A stretch of DNA of 64,000 nt, from positions 181,428-245,427 of the forward strand of contig NIVC01001672.1 of the NCBI GenBank assembly GCA_002269645.1. The letters are read 5' to 3'. A model generated the notes under the pieces. It had not been told where the DNA came from. It searched no databases and was given only the letters and a program-made list of their open reading frames with translations. Within the stretch, counting starts at the first letter, position 1; the number at the start of each line of letters is the position of its first letter. Both the position numbers and the translations under genes were made by a program. Shown here in pieces: positions 23,692 through 36,257 of the stretch. The stretch is from Macrostomum lignano. Lineage: Eukaryota.

Positions 23692-26600
23692 CTGCGGCAG
23701 AAGTAAAGAAGCTAAGAAAATTATTAATTTCAGGTCGTTATTAACGAAAAATGCAACTTTTCAAACTTGTGTTTACCGTTAAATTTTACGTTACGTTACT
23801 TCGACCCGGGTCGTTCTCAAAGCTAGGTCACAACTTTTTGTTATTGCAAAAAAAGTTTATACATCGACCAATAATCGTACAAAAAAAATTCTTTTGACAA
23901 TTTCTGTAAGAAGCTGCTACTAAAACCACAAGAAAACTTGAAATTGAGAAGAAATCAAGGCTATTTGTTATTCTTTGTTGCGGAAAATAAACGACAAAAA
24001 TATTAAAGAGAAAATAAAATTTTCTTCCATTTTTATTTTAAATATGCAGTTAAATTTCTTTTGCAAAAATAAAAGAACAAGAAATTGACAAAGGAAATGT
24101 TTTTGAGCACAGCATTTTGTTACTCTGCTCCAAATCCCAGACATTCAAAATTATCGTGTGCGAAAAAGTGCGAAATTATTATAGCATGCACTCGAAAGAA
24201 CTTCGATCAGTTTAACTAATCACTGAATTGAGAAGTCTAAATAAGTCTTGAAAGGTTGAATTAAAAATCAAGTTTTCACTATGTATCTTTTCAAAGGCAA
24301 GATGATTCGACAAATAAAGAATGTTCATTTTTACCTTGAATAGAATTGTTCATTTTTACATTAAATATAATAAAATCTAACTAATAATAGAAAAAGTCAG
24401 GGAACTATCCTTGAACACCAAAAAGCACATTGTGGATTTAATATCGACTGCATGTTCCTTAATAAAGGAATTCAGATACTAGTATATATTTGATTATTTG
24501 TAGCATAATTTCTGAAAACTATAACTTGCTTGATTTTACTTTAAGTACTCATTACATTAATACTTATACCAAAGCTACATGTACTTAAAATAAAAAATCA
24601 TAGTTACTTATTAGACATTTTACTCCAATTAACCTAAAATAATTCAAATTTATTTTAATTCATTCATTTTTTGAAACTTTTTGGAAAATAGACAAAATTG
24701 AATTATTTAAATACCAAAAACCTACTAGCTTAACTAAAATAGCAATTAGTCTTTAAGAAAATATTTCACTTGTTAATTGAGAAAAATGAGGATGTGCGAG
24801 GTGTAAAAATGCGAAAGAGCATGCAGGAAACAGAGACAAACAAAAATGTAGGTAATAGACACTGCACATGCACATAATATGATAACCAGACATAATGCGC
24901 ACACTGAAACACCAGTAGCAATGACGCCCAAGCTTTTGATGATCACAAGCGAAAAGGCAAAACCCAGCCATCAATCAAAGAAGTAGACTATAGCACACAT
25001 CTTGAGTGCATCACGCATTTTTTGCAGAGAAGCTCGAAAATTAACATTGTATTCTGTGCACAACCACCAACTGCGACAGGGTCTGCCGGGGGATTTGTGG
25101 GCACGCGGTCGCGGATACAAATCGGAGGAGTCGCTGACCATTCTGAAATTACTAGCTAGTACATGTAATTTTGTGTATTAATATATTTAGCCCGCTTTAT
25201 TTCTATGCTCTCGTCTGCCTCTCGTTAATGCATCCCCAGACTCATGCAATAATCAAACTTATGATCGAACTATGCATGGCTTCCGTCCCTCGCTTTGAAT
25301 CTCTCACCTCCCCATAGTTCCATCAACCTTACCGTAGTGGCTTCCTATGCAAAAATCATCCCTCCGCATCTTACACAGGCTACTTCAGGCTGTAGACTGT
25401 ACTACACTATTAATTAGTTGCGCTAAGGAATCTACATGTATTTGCTCGCAGCGCAGCGCGCTGCTCAAAGAAGTTTAGATCTGTCTAGATATTCTAGTAA
25501 TTTCAGGTTTGTCCATAGACTAGAGCTCATGAGATGAGAATTCCATTAACTAGTACGTTTAATGTAGGATTCATACATCGATTTTGCGTGCTTAAATGGT
25601 CTATGCACGAGTGCGCGCAGCGTGTGTGTGTGCTGTGCATACATATGTATAATATACGAGTAGTTTATGGGCCAAATTATTGTGTGGCACAATTCTTGGC
25701 ATCACTCAGCAGGCACAAGATGCAGTTAAGCAGCGCACGAAAATTCTACAAAAGAAATTGAGCCTGGTTGAGGTGATGCGAGGAGGCAGATCCACACAAT
25801 CTCAGTGAATACACCAGACTGCACCAGATACGAGTCCAGTCGAATGTGCGCACTGGTCTAAGCAGCACACGCATGTCCTCCTGACAATGACGGCACCTAG
25901 CTTCGTCCAAGCCTTTGCCAGCGTCACTGACAGCGTCAATACTACCATGCAGTGCCACCTGCAGCACCGACAACGGCAATTCCTCCAGTTAGCCCACAAC
26001 AGTGGCTAAACTGAGGGACAGGGAACCTACCCGCAGAAGACACACACATACACACACAGCACCGGCAGCAGCACTCTGACAGCATAACCTAAAGCTCCAT
26101 GAGCTCAGTTTTCAAGCATTGAAGAAGCAGAAGCAGTCATCTTGAATCCAGGGATCAGGAAGAGTGTTGCATGTCCGACATGTGCTGTTTCCGTGGCAAA
26201 AGGTGATGGAGCAAATTAATCAACACTTACTATCTAGCTCGTATTAAGACTAAAAAACTGAGGCAAGCTGGGATTAAACCAAAGAAAATTTTTTACTATA
26301 CTTTTTTACCATATACTTTTACTATACTTCTATAGTATAGTAGAGAGGTACTCTATTTAAATGCAGTAAGAAGTGAAACAAATTTATATATTTAATTATT
26401 AAATTAAATTAATTCAAGGTAAATAACTAATTTAACCAATTTATTAGGAGTATTTAATATTATAATAAATTGATTTTTATACCTTACACGAAATAAGCTC
26501 TACATTCATTTCTTAGCTTGGGGCCCATCTGTATAAGGTCAGTTTCTTCAAAATGCTGATTAATTAATTAAGGCCTGTTGTCTTTACTTAAATTTATAAG

Positions 26601-28706
26601 GGCATCTTAGAAGTTAATATTACTATATAATACATGTATAATATTATTACTGTATTATAATAATATAGTTGCAATTTTAATGACTATTGAATAAGTCTAA
26701 ATGCTTCCCCTATTGACTCTAAATACATGGTATCTTTCCCTTCAGAAAAAATTAGCATAGAATGACTTGATGAAAACAAAAAAAAATCATTTCGAGATAC
26801 ACATTTGCTGATCATTCAGGTCAAATTTCAAGGTCCAGTTTTGCACATGTTTCTCTGTAGCTTGGTTACAAGGATTCTAATAAAAATATAATAAATATGT
26901 CCAATGAACTAACTGATACATAGCCAAATTGAAGTATTTTCAAAAACAAAAAAAATCATTTGCTCAGTTTACTTTACTGGATATCTGTGTAAAATTTCAG
27001 CTCAAAAGGTGCTCCATGGAGAATGCTAGTGTGGTTACAGGATATGTATTTTGTGCTTCAAAGTAGGAGTTTATTGCGATGCATGGTTGCTTTTAATTAT
27101 TTTTATCAACAATAGTGCTCTATTTCATAACAATTTTTTACAAAAAGATAATAAGACATGTTTTTCTAATTATCTGCATCAAAATGTATCATTTTAAGCG
27201 CACATTCTAGACGTCAGCTGAAAAATACATTTTGTGAGACGCAAAGAGGCTATCCCACCGGAAATGCTAGGCGCACAGTTAAGCGTCTATAAAATCATTT
27301 ATAGTGCAGTTTATTAAGCTTTAAAAAAAATCTTAAATTAAATTTATATAAGCTTTCATTTTAAATGTAATATAGCAAGTTTTCAACACAACAACAACTT
27401 TTTTTAGCTACAGACATCATAGTGTCAAAAATTAGGACATCGGTGAAGTGATTGAATTTGAATTTTTTCATCACCTAATATCGCCTAATACCGCAAGACA
27501 ACTTAAAACACTTTTGCAACATAAATTTCAACCCAAAAATTATCTTTATTCACAGATGAAAGTGTCCTATTATTTTCAATACGGCAGTAACAATAGTAAA
27601 TGTTCCGAAAATTGTTAAAATTTTCGCTCCTCCCAGAATTTGAGAACGACCCACCCGGTGGTTTTGGTTTTATGAGTTCAATACTGAAAAAAAATCTTAA
27701 TTCGAAATGAATTGAAGTCTTAGGCATTCAAAATTGATTGATGTTCGTAGTTAAATTTATTTAAACTGTCTAGGCCCTATGATGACTGATTTTTTCTAAA
27801 TGTAGGCCAATGCCTACTAGAGTCTAGATCAAGATTAGACATAGCGTTGGCCCTGACCAACTTCTCTTACACAGGACTGTTTTTTTATTTTTAGACTGCA
27901 TATTCTTTATTGACCCTGCTTATTCATATTTTCAACATTTTTATAATACATTTTGCCCATTAGTATTAGGCCTAGGGGCTAGGTACTGTGATCAATTTTG
28001 CCCAATACGGCAATAGGCCCTAATGTTAGGCCTAATAAAATTAGGACCTAATATTACTAATTTACTTAAGCCTTTTTTTGCCATAATGCCTCAGGCGGTA
28101 AGCTTGATCTGGCCTAATGCTATGGTCTAGATATATAGTATAGCCTAGTAGGCCCTATATATACAATAATATAGGCCAAGGCTATGTTATAATTATATTC
28201 AAACCTAGCCTTGTTACTATTAGTATTAGTTCTATTAATATATTATTATTATTATCGTTATTGTTAGATTCTATTATTATATTATAATAGTAGGCCTAGG
28301 GCCTTTTTATTGAGTTTAATACCATAGTTAGAGATTGCAAATCTCAGCTGTTTTATGATCCTAGGATCCTGGACAAAGCAATGACTCAATCCTAGGATCC
28401 CGGACCCAATCCCAGGATTGACATTTTAAATATTTTTGCTGATAGAATGCTAGACAACCCATTTTTTAAAACATTTTTTTAAAAGTAATAACTTTTCTAT
28501 TTGATTTTACAAAAAATGAGAATACAAATGTTGAATGTGTAAAGTAAATACATTTTATGTTTCTCAACTGAACAGAATTACCAAGTATCTATTATCTAAT
28601 ATAATAATGGTTTCTTTTCTTGTTTTGTTATTTTCTACACTTGTAATTGTAACTTACAAGCTCGTAATATATGTATGCAAATATAAGTTCATGATCACAA
28701 TCATGC

Positions 28707-28984
28707 CCTATTGCAGCGCATGGCTTAAGTACGCCAGACGCCTATACAACCTGCGCCACACTGTGAAATGACTTACTTGTGAAAGAAACCCTAAAGCAAA
28801 ATTAACGCAGTTCTGGGTAAACGGCAGGAGTAACTATGACTGTCTTATCAAGCCTAAATGCCTCGGCATCTAATTAGTACTGCGCCGCGCTGTACTAATT
28901 GCCGTGCGCTGTACGCGCCGCGCCGCACCGTATTAGATCCGCGCCGGACGCCGTCCGCCAAAATGCCCATGCGCTGCAATCAGG
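28707..28984. mobile_element. 278-bp MITE (9-bp TSD, Mutator-like) carrying a 28S rRNA fragment, nested in the hAT-like element
   Basis: Perfect 9-bp direct repeat CAATCATGC at 28698-28706 and 28985-28993; TIRs CCT-ATTGCAGCGCATGG and CCATGCGCTGCAATCAGG (one indel). Confidence 0.75.
28815..28878 (+). pseudogene. Diverged 64-nt fragment of LSU (28S) rRNA, helix 69-71 region / R2 and I-PpoI target site
   Basis: GGGTAAACGGCAGGAGTAACTATGACTGTCTTATCAAGCCTAAATGCCTCGGCATCTAATTAGT versus conserved eukaryotic GGGTAAACGGCGGGAGTAACTATGACTCTCTTAAGGTAGCCAAATGCCTCGTCATCTAATTAGT (reference recalled from memory); about 57/65 identical by hand alignment. Confidence 0.85.
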
Positions 28985-30557
28985 CAATCATGCCTAACTT
29001 TGAAAATTTCACAAAATTTCACACCCAACCAAAATTTTCTGCTTGTCCAACTCTGACCTCTAGTTTGTTTTACAAATTGCCTTTGGCTCAAGGTCCAATG
29101 CCCAAGGCAGTTAGGCATGCTTTTGTTTCTTTCCAAAGCTTGTAGAAGCACATGTACATGTAGGCTGATTTCAATAAAGGCATTGAACACCTAGCAGACA
29201 TCAACAAGCCTGCAAGCTTATAGGTTGCAACAGAGCTAGCAGTTAATGGCTGCGCTGTCTTTTCCCCTCTTGTTGTCTATGAAAAAAGCTAAAATGCAAC
29301 TAAATGCATCAAAGTCACCTTGGCAGCTTCTTAAAGATATTTTACAAAAGAAAACAAAAGTAAAATGTTTTTATTTATGTAAAATTATGTAAAATGCATC
29401 AGGTAGATGCCTCACTGCTATCTTTCACTTGCAGCCAGAGCTGCAACTGGCAACTCGCATAGAGACAAAGGAAAAACTAAAAACTAAAACTGAATAACAC
29501 AAAAATTATTAAAACAAACCCCAAAAATTTTTTTAAATAGTAGGATAATTGTTTTCCACTAATAATTTCTGTGTTTCCTTTAAAAAAATTAGCTATACCC
29601 ATTAAGAAAAAATTACTATGAAATGCATCAGGCAAATGCCTAACTGGCATCTTTCACCTGCAGCCAGAGCTGCAGCTGGCAACTTGTATGAAGACAAAAG
29701 AAAAACTAAAATGCATTAGGCAGATGCCTCAGTGGCAAAGCTGCAGCTGGCAATCTTCACAATCAGCTCTTTGCAAAATATGCCCTGAGCAATAGGGGCT
29801 TTGACAGTATGCCATCATTTAGCCTAGATCTGACCTTGGTCAGAAACACACCAGCTGCAGAGAATGCAGCTTTACAATTACAATTATTTTAGGTTATTCT
29901 TATTATACATGTTCTTACTTATCTCAAAGTGCAAAAAAGTATCTTAAGCTCTGATGAATCCTCTACCTAATTGCAATCCCTACTATCTATGTTGTATCAT
30001 TGCATGCAAAATTGATCATCTTGGCCTATCTTATAGAAGAAATATATGGTATGGTCTATAATAGACTTCTAGTATGTTATATAAATAAAATATAAATACA
30101 TGCATGCAAAATTATCTCCCAGCCATTTTTCAACGTTTTTATGTACATAACACAAGTTACACAACTTCATAAGTAAGTAACACAAGTAGTCAAATACACA
30201 AACACACACACAACACAAGTTTAAGACTCACGTCGCATATATTTTGTATCATATGTTTTGTATAATTTGTATTTGTATCACAATTCACAATTCACAATTT
30301 GTCTTCGAGAATCAAGATTCAAGAGTTATATCACGATCATGACTCACAACACAATTTCATGAATGATCACAAGTCACGAGTCTTGACACACAAATGCTAT
30401 TTACTTGTGTAATGTATTTAAAATACAAACATTTTGATATTTCCTGGAATATCACCCACTTTATCAAAAAAGTGTCCAATCCTGGGATCCCAAGCCCCTA
30501 ATCCTGGGATTCCTTTAGGCCAAAAAGTGTCTAGGATCCTGGGATTACAATTCCTAG

Positions 30558-31107
30558 CCATAGTCCATTTTATGCTTAGAGTTATGCCAAAGGAAAAATG
30601 ATGAAATTTTATCATTTACGCCAGGCTTATGCATCACATGCTAGGCATAATGCCTAGACTAGGGGGGAGTGCGAGGTGCCCATTTATACAAAAAAATTCA
30701 TTTAAAAAATATTTATTTATGTTTCCGTTTGTATAATATAATTAAAACTTTATAAACATATAAGTATTAATAAAGATAAAAATGTTGTTGCATTGCAGCA
30801 TGAAAATTTTACTTTAAACTTTGTTTTACTTTTTACAAATACTAAAAAATGTAGTTATTTAAATTCTCTGTTGTATTCAAATACTTGAAATAAGCTACAG
30901 TCTTTAATGACCACAATCAACCACAGTCAACATTTATTTCCTTTTAGGGAAATGTGCCAAAAGATCATCTATAATTGTTTTTACACCAGCCATTTATACC
31001 AATCCAATTTTCTATTAATTCTTATGCCAAGCATTTACGCCAAGGCTAATTTTTGTCTAGAATTATGCTGGGGATTTCTGGCATAATTGTAATGAAACGG
31101 ACTATGG
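30558..31107. mobile_element. Probable ~550-bp MITE
   Basis: Imperfect TIRs CCATAGTCCATTTTAT...TTATGCCA and the reverse complement of GGCATAATTGTAATGAAACGGACTATGG. Confidence 0.4.
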
Positions 31108-31802
31108 CCTAGGCGGTTTCTATGCTTTTTAGTACCTATGATTTTTGGTATGTTTTACTTGTATAAAGTATGATAAACTTTTCAAAACTAAAGAACCAAA
31201 GGGACCTTTCAACTTAAGTAATATAAATAATATTTTAGTTAACTTTAAATAAAAGTGCTGCAAAGCATTTATTAATAGATTAGGACCTATTTTCAATTTT
31301 TGAGATCCAGCTCTAGGTCTAGTTTTAATTTAAAATTTGGGCACTAAAAATAAACTAGGCCAGTATACTAATATACTAGATATAGAAAAGAAAGGTATAA
31401 ATATTGAAAATTTAGATATTTTATTAGGCTTAACTATTATAGTTTTGCCTTTAGCTTTGATAGAACATGCTTGGGCACAATCTAGGGATTCACCTGGCTG
31501 TTTCTATTGGCAACACATCCACCTAAGTTGCTATTGTTGCCAATAGAAATGGCAAGTGATTCCCAAGGTTGTGCATGTATCGATAGAATATTAGGCTCAG
31601 TTTATTAGAAAGATGATAGTTAGGCCTACTTTGTTTTTATCAGTTTGGATATCATTCTCCATAGGGAAAAATGGCCAGCAGTTATGCTGGCTACACATGG
31701 GGCCAGTGAGACGTTGCAATAATAAAAGTTTTTTATAGTTGCAATAACTATATGCACTACATATGGATTCTTTAAATTTACAAATATTATTGCATTATAA
31801 AA

Positions 31803-32900
31803 CAGTGGCACATCTAGGAATTCTGTTTGGGGGGGGGCAGACTATCAGGGAGATACCAATGATAATCACAGATAGGGACGCCAGAAGGTACAAATAAGCC
31901 TTTTAATAATAGCTTTTTATTTTAGTATTTTGGATATATAACAAAGTGTACACTGTTATTTTTCAAGTGTACACTCTAGCATAGAATTTAGTATCTTATT
32001 GTAATGTATATTTTGCATTTTATACTTACAAAAACATGATTTTTATGACAGATAGACAGGAATTTAGAAAATTTTAGGTAAAGTAAAACAAATAAAGAAT
32101 TAAGTGCAAAGCTCATAAATTTAGATGAATCCTAAGAGACAATTTTGAATAGCTTCTAGCAACCCCTAACTATCTATCCAAGGTCTATCCAAGTATGTCC
32201 TCTGGTTGCTTAATGGATCAACCAGGGAAGAAAGAGAGAGAAAAAAGCAATTCAGTGCACATGGAAAAGCATTAGAGCAACAGAGAAAAACTGAGAGTCA
32301 GAGTCAATTACAGTAACAGAGTCACATGGGGGCAAAATTTACACTGCAAAATCCATGTAGCAGTTACTCATGCAAAATGGATTGATAACCCAATCTGGAT
32401 CGACTGCAACATTGGAATGGATATACAGCAAAGCCAAGCCAACTAGCCTTGATTGGTCACAGGTACATCTTTAGCAAGCAAAGGCTGGAGAATGATCTCT
32501 CCATGGTGGCAGTTGTGATTGGCAGTGTTACGGAAATTTTCAGCAGTGCAAAAATGTTTAGAAAGAAATTTGCATTGCAGTTGGCCAGGGCACTGATTGC
32601 CATGTCTGCCTTTGGGATTGATTTTTGGCCTTTCCCCAGGTTCCTCTAGCAGTTGAACTCACTAGCAACAATGTTGTTGCCTTCCAAATAGCTGCCAAAC
32701 TGCTCAACAATGGGCTTCAAATCTTTAAAATTGTATGGCTGGATGTACTTTGGAAGTAGACATACCAGGTATCAGTTGTAGAAGCATAGAATTCTGTTCA
32801 TTAAAGTGGCAGTTGAACTGAGCCAGGATCTGCTGCAGAAATGGACAGTAAGTGCTAAGCTGAAAGTGATCTTTAGGTGTTTCGCTGTGATGTGGCTGCC
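31803..32900 (-). mobile_element. hAT transposon relic (C-terminal dimerisation domain plus one terminus)
   Basis: The - strand translation FFLNIFALLKISVTLPITTATMERSFSSLCLLKMYL*...RLVGLALLYIHSNVAVDPDWVI matches the hATC domain; upstream YCPFLQQILAQF. A terminus-like CAGTGGCACATCTAGG...G-run starts at 31803. Confidence 0.75.
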
Positions 32901-32924
32901 TACCTTGGCCTTGTACAACACAGT

Positions 32925-33600
32925 GTGGCCATGAATGATTTTTTCATTGGTCTGAAGAGGTGATAGATACTAGGTGCCAAATCTAGTCATAGGCAAGATA
33001 TAGAAGCAGTTCCTAGTGTAGATCGCCAACTATTCTCATAGTGTACCTGGCAATATGAGGCCTAAAATTGTTGTGCTAAAGGAGTAGCCAAGAGTGCAGC
33101 TTTTTAGGCCATTTTTAGAAAGTTTATTATAGCAAAGCAGCCCACTTAGTAGGTCAATGTACTAAGCAGCATTGATTGTGTGGCTTGACGTAAGGAAATC
33201 AATATAGATCACGCCTTTGGTGTCCCAAAAAAGTGACCTTTGTCTTACCTGAATATTGAGCAATACAAGCCTTGACTAGGTTACCCTCTAGCCTGAACCA
33301 TTCACGTGACTGCTCTTTGGTTTTTGGATTATAATATAGAAGCCAGGTCTTGTCCATAGTGATGATGCATTGCCAGAATGCCTTGCCATACTTCTTAACT
33401 AGAGTCTGCACTCAAGCAGGTGCTTGTATAGGTCAGCCTGCTTATGCTTCTAGTGAATGCCCAATAGCCAAGGTACCCATCTGGCTAACAGCTTGCTTAG
33501 CTGTAGCTTGTGCTTGTTATAAATGCATGCCACATTGATGCCACAGAAGTCAGCTAGCTATCTTGCAAACTATGACTTGCATGTCCTCTATCATCATGTT
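32925..33600 (-). pseudogene. Degenerate mariner (DD34D-type) transposase
   Basis: ARWVPWLL (WVPHEL-like), IITMDKTWLLYYNPKTKEQSREW (TGDETW-like), LQHNNFRPHIA (HDNARPH-like) and DLAPSIYHLFRPMK (YSPDLAPSDYHLF-like), with stops and frameshifts. Confidence 0.85.
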
Positions 33601-36257
33601 AGTTACTAGATGAATTTTTCCATGGAAAGTGATATGTGTGATTTGCCACATCTTGTATTGTATTTTAGGGACTCCTGGCCAGACTTAAAGCAATCTACAT
33701 ATATATAAACAATAGCTTGTGATTTGGAATCATTACCAAAGATAGCTTGTAGGTGATGGGCAATTTTGGCTAGCTTTGTCCCTTCCTTTTGGAGGAAGAA
33801 TATGATTGCTTGTTGGGAATTTTTATCAGTTTGTATCTTAGCTAAAAAGGTAGCTTACAGAATTTAGCATAGCTAGGCAGCTGCTGTTTCAAACTAGTTG
33901 ATTCACTTGATTGATAAAAAGTACAATGGTATATTGATGTATAAATGTGTAAAGTTTCAAAGCAATGGCACAAAGCATCTGAATTCTATGCCAAAAAGTC
34001 TTGGAACTTTTGGAACACCTCTCATTTTATGATAAACACAATTATATATTGGAAAATGATCTCATTATAACTCTTCACACAATAAAAATAGGCTTTACAA
34101 TGTAATATTATTTCATAATTTTATTTGCTAGCAGTCATTTTATTTGCATTTCATTTGCTAGCAAATAAAAGGTAGCAAACAAAATGACTATACTAGTAAA
34201 AAAAATACTAGGCTTTGGCATAGCTTTTTTGATAATAACCTGTTTTACCAAAAACCCAGCTTATTGTTTTTTATTGGTAAATAAAATCTAAAATAAAATT
34301 TTAATAGGCAATTGCCTTTTATTTTCATCCAAGATTAAATTATTGCATTTTGCATATCTTTTTTAAAGGCCTATTGCAAATTTTAGGCCCTAAAATCTTG
34401 AGTATAGTAAGTTAAAAATTTATTAGATCATTTAAAAGAATAGTTAATACTTTGCCAGCCACATAGTGCTTTTTGTAGTAAAGGTGCTTAGTTCTTATAT
34501 AGTTAGGTTGAAGTTGAAAAAATTAGCCAGTGGATACATTTCTCTAAGAAAGATAGTAGTTGTAAGTATAGCTGATTTCTTTATCATTTGTATTTAATGG
34601 CTGACAAATTTAAGTCATTTACAAACAATTAAAAAAAATAAACAAAAATCATGAATCAATTTGTTTTGCTTTTAATAACTTGGCTTTACCCAATAGATGA
34701 GCTACTGAAACTAGTAGTTTCCAGGAAAATTTGAGATATCATCTTTGTTGTGGTTTTAACAAATTATTCATCTAAGTAGTATATTGCTTATATGTTTATG
34801 TTATGATTTTTTCTTTTAATCCTTAGTGTACTAAGATTATAGGGTGTCTTGCTTTAATGTCTATTTAAGTATTATATCTAAAAGATATATCTAAGATATA
34901 TTATATTTATATATTATATTAGAACACTTAAAGTCATTTTTATTACTTTTAAACCATTCTTTATACATTTTCCAATCTATTTTAAATGACTAACACGTTA
35001 ATTCATTTTCAAATTGAGATTTTTTTATCATTTTAAACCTATATAAACTTTGTATCAAGGTTGTTTGCATATTTATTCACTCAGGAATTGATCCTATGTA
35101 TTGGGCTTGGTCAATCTCTAATTCACCAAAAGATTTCCAAGATATTTCTAATAGTAAAAAAAGATTGCCTAGAATAAAACTTTATAGACTTAAACATTTA
35201 AATTTAATGTAAGATACTTATTACCTTGTGGGTATTTAAAGTTAAGAATTTATTTCAGGGGCACTACATTGTTGCATGCTTTTGTAAATACTTATAATTA
35301 TGCTTTATATATAATGACTACTTAATAAAAGGGTTGGAAACTAAATTTCTTAGAAAATGTTTAAAGCATGTAGCTTTTCATTCAGAAAATTAGAATTCTA
35401 TATTAATTTTTTTTTCTATGTATAATTGTACTTGTACATGTATTATGCCTGAAAACCATTAACATGCATAGCTTAGCTCATTGGTTTTATGAATCTATTT
35501 TATTAGCTGATTGTGTAACAAAGATGATAAAATAGATCCATAAAACCAATGAGTTAAGCTGTGCTCCATTTTTTTTATTCTTAGGTACAGGAAATGTACA
35601 TAGAATAATAAATTGACATGTAGAATTCATTTTTAAAACAAAAAGCTTTATGAATATCAATTAAGCTATAAAAAAGGCAAAACATATAAAAAGATAAAGA
35701 TTGGATCTGCCTCTGATCAAAACCAATAACAACTTTTTGTGCTGAAAAATGAAAACTTCCTATGTAATGTATTTTTGGCGAAAACCAGCGTCATAAACAT
35801 TATCTAAGAAATGTAGTTTCCCGTCCCGTATAATTTTACTTCGAGCTACTATTGAGTAGTGTAACACGAGTAGAAAATCGTTTTTATTTTGTTTCAATGT
35901 ACAGTGTCTGTCAATGTGGAGGGGGGGGTAGGTCGTCTGGCTGTACACGAAAAACGGTTGGACAGAAAAATAAACCCCACCAACCCCCCTCCCCTCCCCC
36001 CTTTATATTCCGTGCGATTGTCACCTCTCTTACCTCTTTTACGAGCGTATTATTAAAACCCTAGCTGTCGTGGGTTTGCGGTTTATTTTAGTTGAAGTTA
36101 GAAAGTGGAGCGGAGCAGCTAGGACAAAGTTTATTCAGTCAGGAGCGCGCTTGTTCTATTGTTTGCGTCTGCCACCGTCGTTTGTTGTCACTTTCTGCGC
36201 TTTTACTTTCAGCTGCAAGGCTTTTTTTAATTTCAAGCAAACTTTTAAGCTTCTTCA

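Larger units (their letters stand above)
28329..30556. mobile_element. Non-autonomous hAT-like TIR element
   Basis: Ends TAGAGATTGCAA and TTACAATTCCTA; inverted subterminal GGATCC/CCCAGGATT motifs at 28355-28425 and 30470-30550; 8-bp flanks ACCATAGT (28321-28328) and GCCATAGT (30557-30564), 7/8 identical. Internal ~90-bp duplications at 29390-29760. Confidence 0.6.

Noticed and set aside
25143-25506. 13-bp perfect inverted repeat CTGAAATTACTAG / CTAGTAATTTCAG
   Set aside because: No TSD or further support for element boundaries.
24900-26200. Cys-rich - strand frames as the missing USP Cys box or a PHD finger
   Set aside because: No GNxCY/F-N motif or complete C4HC3 pattern, and no phase-consistent splice path.
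28815-28878. Functional rRNA gene
   Set aside because: Only 64 nt match, helices 69 and 71 are disrupted, and there is no flanking rDNA.
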